A DNA stretch of 64,000 nt, taken from NCBI GenBank assembly GCA_965368975.1, contig CBDUPA010000014.1:64001-128000 (forward strand), written 5' to 3'. The position numbers and the translations under genes were made by a program. The notes beneath the pieces are model-generated. The model was not told the origin of the DNA and searched no databases. It saw only the letters and a program-made list of their open reading frames with translations. Position 1 is the first letter of the stretch, and every line of letters begins with the position of its first letter. This document shows positions 57,695 through 64,000 of this stretch, piece after piece. The DNA comes from an uncultured bacterium (GTDB lineage Bacteria > Acidobacteriota > Thermoanaerobaculia > Multivoradales > JAHZIX01).

Positions 57695-59587
57695 ATGAAC
57701 ATCCTCGGCCTCTCCGCCTTCTACCATGAGTCCGCCTGCTGCCTGCTGCAAGACGGCCGGCTGGCGGCGGCGGCAGCCGAGGAGCGCTTCAGCCGCGTCA
57801 AGTACGACGCGGCCTTGCCCGTGCAGGCCTTCCGCTTCTGCCTCGACGCCGCGGGCTTGACGGGGTCCCCCCTGACCGTCGCCGACCTCGACGCCATCGC
57901 CTACTACGAGCGCCCCGCCGACAAGCTGGCACGCCAGCTGTGGTCCAAGACGCCCGCGGGCGCCTCCCCCGACCTGCCGTGGCTCGACGCCGAGCAGCCC
58001 TTGCGCGCCATCCGTGAGCGGCTGGGTTTCGACGGCCCTATCCTCACCTTTCCCCACCACGCCAGCCACGCCGCCAGCAGCTATTACTTCTCCGGCTTCG
58101 GCGAAGCCGCCGTGCTCACCGTCGACGGCGTCGGCGAATGGGCGACCACCACGTACGGCTACGGACGGGGCAAGCAGCTGGAGAGTTTCGAAGAAGTGCG
58201 CTTTCCGCACTCGCTGGGTCTGCTCTACGCGACGCTGACGTCGTACCTTGGCTTCCGCGTCAACGGCGGCGAGTACAAGGTGATGGGCCTGGCTCCGTAC
58301 GGCGAACCGCGGTACCTGGACGCACTGCGTAAGCTGGTACTGCGTGCCGGTACTGGACGTAGCGGTACTCGGCACGAAACTCCTGGGCACGACACCCCGG
58401 GACACGAAGACGGCCAGTTCGAACTCGACCTCGACTACTTCGACTTCGTGCGCGGCCGCCGCATGTACAGCCGCAAGCTGTGCCAGCTCCTGGGCCGCGA
58501 GCCGCGCCAGCCGGAGAGCGAGATCGACGACTTCCACAAGGACGTCGCGTGCAGCCTGCAAGCCCTGCTCGAAGAGTTGCTGCTCGACCTGGTCGGCTAC
58601 CTGCACCGAACGCTGCAACGACGCGGTACGCCGTCCGACAACCTGTGCCTGGCCGGCGGCGTGGCGCTCAACTGCGTCGCCAACGCGCGCATCCGGCGCG
58701 ACAGCCCCTTCCAGCGCCTCTTCGTGCAGCCGGCGGCCGGCGATGCTGGGGGCTGCGTCGGTGCCGCCGCGCTGGCGCACGTCCAGCTGACCGGAGAGCG
58801 TCCCGCGCGGCTCACGGGTCCGGCTTCGGAACCACTGCCCCACGTCTATCTCGGTCCGTCCTGGCACCCCGACACCGTCGCCCGCCTGCTCGATGTCGGC
58901 GGCCTGCCAGCGCAGGACTTCCGCGGCCGAGAGAGCGACCTTGCCGACGCGGTCGCCGAGCATCTGGCAGAGCGCCGGACCGTCGGCTTCTTCCGCGGCG
59001 CGATGGAATTCGGTCCCCGGGCACTCGGTGCGCGCAGCATCCTGGCCAACCCGCTCGACCCGGACATTCGTGATCGGCTCAACGCCGTGGTCAAGAAACG
59101 CGAGGCCTTCCGTCCATTCGCCCCCAGCGTGCTGGCCGAACACGCGGCCGACCACTTCGACCTCGATCACCCTTCTCCTTTCATGCTCGAGACCTGCCAG
59201 GTCACCTCGACGCTGGAGCTACCCGGCATCACCCACGTCGACGGCTCGGCGCGGCCGCAAACGGTAGACCGAGCAGTCAGCCGAGAGTTCGCCGCCATCC
59301 TCGATGCCTTCCACCGGCGCACCGGCTGCCCGCTGCTGGTCAACACCAGCTTCAACGTGCGCGGCGAGCCGATTGTCTGCACCCCCACGGATGCCCTCTT
59401 CTGCTTCGCCGACTCGGGCCTCGACGTGCTCGTGCTCGAAGACCACCTGCTCGACCGCCGCGACCTGCCGGACGGCTGGGTCGACCTGGTCAACGCCTGG
59501 AAACCACCACGGCGAGCCGTGGCCCCCCAATCACGGGGTTCCCGGAACCAGAATGCCTTGCGCGAGCACCTTTACACGTTCGTCTAG
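57695..59587 (+). CDS. Carbamoyltransferase (NodU/CmcH/TobZ family)
   Basis: YHESA, EERFSR.K, HH.SHAAS, DGVGE, EYKVMGLAPYG, EFGPRALG.RS, KKREAFRPFAP, THVDGSARPQ, NTSFN. Confidence 0.95.
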   Translation: MNILGLSAFYHESACCLLQDGRLAAAAAEERFSRVKYDAALPVQAFRFCLDAAGLTGSPLTVADLDAIAYYERPADKLARQLWSKTPAGASPDLPWLDAEQPLRAIRERLGFDGPILTFPHHASHAASSYYFSGFGEAAVLTVDGVGEWATTTYGYGRGKQLESFEEVRFPHSLGLLYATLTSYLGFRVNGGEYKVMGLAPYGEPRYLDALRKLVLRAGTGRSGTRHETPGHDTPGHEDGQFELDLDYFDFVRGRRMYSRKLCQLLGREPRQPESEIDDFHKDVACSLQALLEELLLDLVGYLHRTLQRRGTPSDNLCLAGGVALNCVANARIRRDSPFQRLFVQPAAGDAGGCVGAAALAHVQLTGERPARLTGPASEPLPHVYLGPSWHPDTVARLLDVGGLPAQDFRGRESDLADAVAEHLAERRTVGFFRGAMEFGPRALGARSILANPLDPDIRDRLNAVVKKREAFRPFAPSVLAEHAADHFDLDHPSPFMLETCQVTSTLELPGITHVDGSARPQTVDRAVSREFAAILDAFHRRTGCPLLVNTSFNVRGEPIVCTPTDALFCFADSGLDVLVLEDHLLDRRDLPDGWVDLVNAWKPPRRAVAPQSRGSRNQNALREHLYTFV

Positions 59588-59663
59588 GAGAGCGTCTAGG
59601 AGAGGCGCCTGCAATGAACTGAAATGAATTGTCAAACACCTCTAACTCAGCTAACGTCTACGT

Positions 59664-61685
59664 GTGCGCTTACCGCTGAGAACCGCCCTCCTTCTACTCT
59701 GGCTCCTGTCGCCAGCCTTCCCCACTGACCTCCCAGCGTCGGCCCAAACTCCGGCCCCAACGTCGTCCCCCACGACGCAGGCTGACGCCGAAACCGCAAG
59801 CACCGAGATTCTGCGTGTCGAGATCAGTGGCGTCGAGGACGAGGCGCTGCGCAACGTCCAGAGCCTGCTCGGCTTGCAGCGCGAAGTCCAGTTGCTGCAG
59901 GCGGAGCCGGACGCGGCTCCACGGGGTGACACTCCGCAGGGAGATACTCTGCAAGGAGATACCGTGTCGGGCGAGCGGCTGCGGCAGCTGTTCGAGGCCG
60001 GGTACGACGAGATCATGACCGCGCTCCAGCCTTTTGGCTACTACCAGGCACAGGTCGACGGCACCTTGCAGCGTGAGCAGGAGACCTGGGTCGCCCGCTA
60101 CCAGATCGATCCCGGACCGCGGATGTTGCTGACCGAGGTCGACCTGCACCTGCTCGGCGACGGTGCGGACGATCCCGCGTTCCAGCAGCTGGTCTCGGAG
60201 CTGCCGCTGGTCGAGGGTGACCCGCTGTCGCACACCGCCTATGAGGCGGCCAAGAATCGATTGCTGGGACGGGCGGCCGAGCGCGGCTACCTGCAGGCGA
60301 AGTTCACCGTCAACAAGCTGCGCATCGACCTGCAGGGCTACCAGGCGTCCGCCTTCCTGCGCTTCTACACCGGGCCGCGCTTCCTACTCGGCGAGGTGAG
60401 CTTTCGCCAGTACGAGGCCGAGGCACCGCTGGCGGCGCGGCAAGACGGAAGCGATACCCCGCACGAGCCGCCGCGGGAGCAGGAAATCCTGAAACCCGAA
60501 GTGCTGCGACGGTTGGTGCCCTTCGAACCTGGCGACCCCTACGACACCGAAGTGCTGATCCGGCTGGAGCGCGACCTCAGTAGTACCGCCTACTTCGACA
60601 ACGTCACCATCGTGCCGCAGCTCGACACCATTGAGGATCTGCGCGTGCCGATCGAGGTGCGGCTCACTGCCGGCCGGCGCGCGCTCTACTCCGGCGGCAT
60701 CGGCTACGGCACCGACACCGGCGCCCGCCTGACCTTCGACCTCGACTACCGGCGGTTCAACCGGCGCGGGCACCACGGTGACCTACGGGCACGGGTCTCG
60801 GAGGTAGAGCAGAGCGTCGGAGCCCGCTACATCGTGCCGCTGGCCGCGCCCTTCGATCGGGTACACCGCACGGACACCGACGACCCACTCGGCGGCCTGG
60901 CCTCGCACAGGGCACGCAGCCACACTTTGACCTACAGCGCCGGCTATTTCGACCTCAAACCCGACACCAGCGACAGCCAGACCGCGCGCATCGGCGTCGC
61001 GCTGAGCCGCAGCCGCGGCGCCTGGCAAGAAGTCCTGTCACTCGACCTGGAACGTACCGATTTCGAGGTTGGCGTCGACTCGGTCGGAGGCGACAGCGGG
61101 CGCACCGACCTGCTCATTCCCGGCATCGCCTGGACCTGGGTCGAGAGCGACGACAGATTGTTCTCCAGCCGTGGCTGGCGGCTGCAGTTCCAGATCCGCG
61201 GCGCGGACGACAGCGTCGTTTCGAACGCCTCTTTCCTGCGCCTCTACAGCGAAGGCAAGCTGATCCTGCCGCTCGGCGACCGCATGCGGCTGCTGCTGCG
61301 CGCCGAGGGCGGCACGCTGCTGATCTCTGACTTCCGTCAGCTGCCGCCGGCACTGCGCTTCTTCACCGGCGGCGACCGCAGCATCCGCGGCTTCGGCTAC
61401 CGCGACCTGGGTGGTCGCGACGAGGAAGGCAACCTGATCGGTGGCAAGAACCTGGCGGTGGTCAGCGCCGAAGTCGAGGCGCGCATCTGGCGCGACTGGG
61501 GCGCCGCCGTGTTCTATGACGCCGGCAACGCCCTCGACCGCCCGTTCGAGTCCCCCGAGCGCGGCGCCGGAATCGGTGCGCGTTGGTTCTCGCCGGTGGG
61601 CCCCTTCCGCCTCGATGTCGCCTGGGCCTTGTCGCGCGAAGGCACACCGGTGCGCGTCCACCTCGGCTTCGGGATCGATCTATGA
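59664..61685 (+). CDS. tamA: Autotransporter assembly complex protein TamA (Omp85 family)
   Basis: POTRA region (ALQPFGYY), GIGYGTDTGAR, RFFTGGDRSIRGFGY, RWFSPVGPFRLDVA. Confidence 0.9.
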   Translation: MRLPLRTALLLLWLLSPAFPTDLPASAQTPAPTSSPTTQADAETASTEILRVEISGVEDEALRNVQSLLGLQREVQLLQAEPDAAPRGDTPQGDTLQGDTVSGERLRQLFEAGYDEIMTALQPFGYYQAQVDGTLQREQETWVARYQIDPGPRMLLTEVDLHLLGDGADDPAFQQLVSELPLVEGDPLSHTAYEAAKNRLLGRAAERGYLQAKFTVNKLRIDLQGYQASAFLRFYTGPRFLLGEVSFRQYEAEAPLAARQDGSDTPHEPPREQEILKPEVLRRLVPFEPGDPYDTEVLIRLERDLSSTAYFDNVTIVPQLDTIEDLRVPIEVRLTAGRRALYSGGIGYGTDTGARLTFDLDYRRFNRRGHHGDLRARVSEVEQSVGARYIVPLAAPFDRVHRTDTDDPLGGLASHRARSHTLTYSAGYFDLKPDTSDSQTARIGVALSRSRGAWQEVLSLDLERTDFEVGVDSVGGDSGRTDLLIPGIAWTWVESDDRLFSSRGWRLQFQIRGADDSVVSNASFLRLYSEGKLILPLGDRMRLLLRAEGGTLLISDFRQLPPALRFFTGGDRSIRGFGYRDLGGRDEEGNLIGGKNLAVVSAEVEARIWRDWGAAVFYDAGNALDRPFESPERGAGIGARWFSPVGPFRLDVAWALSREGTPVRVHLGFGIDL

Positions 61686-64000
61686 CCCGCGAAGCCGCAC
61701 CCAAGAAAGCACCGAAGCGGCGCTGGCGTCGCTGGCTGAAGTGGTCCCTGCTCTCCGTGGGCTCGCTGACGCTGCTCGCCGCGGGCCTGGTCTACTGGCT
61801 CGTCGGTACCGCCGGTGGTAGTCGCTGGCTGCTGCAGCGGGCGGCCCGAGAGCTGCCGGTGGATAGCCAGCTCGATGTCGGTGAGGTCGGCGGATCGGTG
61901 CTGCACGGCCTCGACCTACACGACGTGCAGTACCGCGACGGTAGCGGCCCGCGGGTGACGGTCGACCGCCTGCGCGTCTGGCTCGCGCTCGCACCTCTGC
62001 TCGACCACCCCAGACTGCTGCGCCTGGACCATCTACTCGCCGACGGCGTGCGCGTGGAGCTACCTCCTAGCCCGGAGCGTCCACCGGAACCCGTAGAGGC
62101 ACCGATCGAGTTACCCCAGATCGAGCTACCTCTCGACTTCCACCTCGCTGACGGTCACATCACCGATCTCCAGGTACGCAGTGGCGCAGAAACGCTGTTC
62201 GAGCTGGAGAAAGGGGCCTTGGCTGCCGAGCTGGACGGCATCCACTCCGGCCGCGTCACGGTGGGCAACCTGAAGTCACGGCTGTGGCTGACGGCACCAA
62301 CTTGGGACCTGGAGGCACGCCTGCAGATCCGTCTGCGTGACGCCTACCCGTTGCAGCTGGATGTTGCGTCGCTGCACCACGAGGCACTTGCGTCCTCCGG
62401 CGTCGAGGACCCGGTGCTCCGGGGTCGGGCCGAGGGCGACCTGCAACGCTTGCAGATCACGGCGGCCCTGCACACCGGCACGATTGAAGCCACGGCTGGG
62501 GCTGTAGACGCCCCAATGCGCTTGCGCGCCGAGGTCGAAGACCTGCTCGGCGACCTGAACCTGCAAGGTAACCTCGCCTTCGACCAACTCGACCTGCGAC
62601 AGCTGGCTCCGGCAGCACCCGAGATCCGGCTGGCCGGCGATGTCGACTTCCGCGGCCGGCCGCCGGCACTACTGCTGGACCTGCGCATCGACGCCGAGAG
62701 CCCGGACTACGGCAACTGGCACCTCCGCGGCGGCGCCGGACTGCCGGATAGCAACCCCCTCGGCGCGGAGGCGCCGAGCAGCAACACCGCCGGGAGCACC
62801 GTGAGCTTGCAGGCGCTACACCTGCGGCGCACCGACGGTCCGGGCGAGCTGACCTTGGAGGCGCGCGTCGACGAACGTGGTATCGAAGTCACCTCCGTCG
62901 AGGGCGAGCTACTGCGCGGTCGACTGCACGGTCAAGGGCGCCTCGACTGGCAGCCGGAAGTGGCCTGGGACTTCGACCTACGCGCCGACGCGTTGGCGCC
63001 GGAAGAATTCTGGCCCGACTGGCCGGGCAGGCTCAGCGCCGAGGCGTCGATGATCGGCCGCCGCGACGCCGAGACGGCAGACCTGGAAGGCACCCTGCAA
63101 CTGCGGCGCCTCAGCGGTCGACTGCGCGGCAGCGACCTGAGCGGCAGCGGCGAGATCGGCTTCGGCCTGGATCCGACGCACACCTTGCCCGAGATCGAGA
63201 TCGCCGACCTGCGGCTGAACTGGGGGGGTACCCAGCTGCAGGCCCAAGGCCGAGTCGGCCTGCAGACACGCGGGCGGCAGGCACAGCGGGAGGGCTGGGA
63301 CCTCGAATGGCGTCTCGACGTACCCGACCTGGCCCGTCTCCAGGAACTGCTCCCGACTCCCGTCCCGACCAGCTCCGGTGCGAGCGACACCACCGAGCCG
63401 CTGCCGCTGCGTGGCCAGCTCCAGAGCCAGGGACGCCTGCTGGGCGCTCTCGACCAACCAGGCATCGAGGCCAACTTCGAGCTCGAGCGCGTCAGCTGGG
63501 GTCCCCGCTCGGTCCGGTCCGCCAGCGGCACCGTGCGCGCCGAGCTCCGGCCGGGCAGCCCGCTGCGCTTGCAGGTACAGGCCCAACAAGTCCGCGCCCC
63601 CGAGCTCGCGTCAGTGGCCCCAATCAGCCGCGCTTCCTCGGACCTGGACGAGCTGGGCGAGTTACAGCAGCTCACTCTGGACGCCGACGGCACGCCCGGC
63701 GATCATCGCCTGCAGCTACGCATCGAGGCTGCGGGACCACGGTGGCTGGAGTTGACGCTCGCCGGCAGCGCCGAGTTACCGCCGTTCCCCGACCTGACGA
63801 CGCTAGCCTGGCGCGGCACCGTCGAGCAACTGCGCTTCCGTGACCCCGCCGCGGGTGCCTGGAGTAGCCGTGACTCCACGGAACTGAGTGTCGCGGCCGG
63901 ACGCTGGCGTCTCGACGAGCTGTGCCTGCGGCGTAGCGACGCTAGCGGTACCCAGTCCGTCGGCGGTTTCTTGTGTGCCGCCGGTGCCCGACAACCGTCC
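61682..64000 (+). CDS. tamB: Translocation/assembly module TamB; runs off the right edge
   Basis: ATG overlaps the tamA stop (ATGA); basic N-terminus, TM anchor, GTAGGSRWLL, then long beta-rich repeats. Confidence 0.85.
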   Translation, partial: MTREAAPKKAPKRRWRRWLKWSLLSVGSLTLLAAGLVYWLVGTAGGSRWLLQRAARELPVDSQLDVGEVGGSVLHGLDLHDVQYRDGSGPRVTVDRLRVWLALAPLLDHPRLLRLDHLLADGVRVELPPSPERPPEPVEAPIELPQIELPLDFHLADGHITDLQVRSGAETLFELEKGALAAELDGIHSGRVTVGNLKSRLWLTAPTWDLEARLQIRLRDAYPLQLDVASLHHEALASSGVEDPVLRGRAEGDLQRLQITAALHTGTIEATAGAVDAPMRLRAEVEDLLGDLNLQGNLAFDQLDLRQLAPAAPEIRLAGDVDFRGRPPALLLDLRIDAESPDYGNWHLRGGAGLPDSNPLGAEAPSSNTAGSTVSLQALHLRRTDGPGELTLEARVDERGIEVTSVEGELLRGRLHGQGRLDWQPEVAWDFDLRADALAPEEFWPDWPGRLSAEASMIGRRDAETADLEGTLQLRRLSGRLRGSDLSGSGEIGFGLDPTHTLPEIEIADLRLNWGGTQLQAQGRVGLQTRGRQAQREGWDLEWRLDVPDLARLQELLPTPVPTSSGASDTTEPLPLRGQLQSQGRLLGALDQPGIEANFELERVSWGPRSVRSASGTVRAELRPGSPLRLQVQAQQVRAPELASVAPISRASSDLDELGELQQLTLDADGTPGDHRLQLRIEAAGPRWLELTLAGSAELPPFPDLTTLAWRGTVEQLRFRDPAAGAWSSRDSTELSVAAGRWRLDELCLRRSDASGTQSVGGFLCAAGARQPS

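Overview
High-GC bacterial chromosomal window. Gene content and order (pilMNOPQ, TPR protein, MglC-like roadblock, accB, accC; a TIGR02266-type PilZ protein; split gcvPA/gcvPB) suggest an Acidobacteriota- or Myxococcota-like organism; this is inference. Most of the window is housekeeping: type IV pilus machinery, acetyl-CoA carboxylase, rpmB, a Rel enzyme, queA, glycine cleavage, a peptide ABC transporter and TamAB. The most unusual signal centres on an HUH/Y1 (RAYT-like) transposase at 34062-35012. It is bracketed by inverted AGGTGCCAG motifs, and longer copies of that motif recur at 9.8 kb, inside queA and at 49.2/49.5 kb. The last pair flanks a 56-codon ORF inside a ~1.25 kb island that has inverted GTAG-REP-like ends and carries an ECF sigma factor. 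Neighbouring genes show abrupt C-rich to G/T-rich codon switches. Other points of interest are three lipoprotein genes (two Ig/IPT/PKD-rich) appended to pilQ, a PhpK-like B12 radical SAM gene divergent from a KMO-like monooxygenase, two small secreted six-Cys proteins, and several enzymes with altered catalytic motifs. I recognised no rRNA, tRNA or CRISPR array. All family calls come from motif recognition by eye, not database searches.
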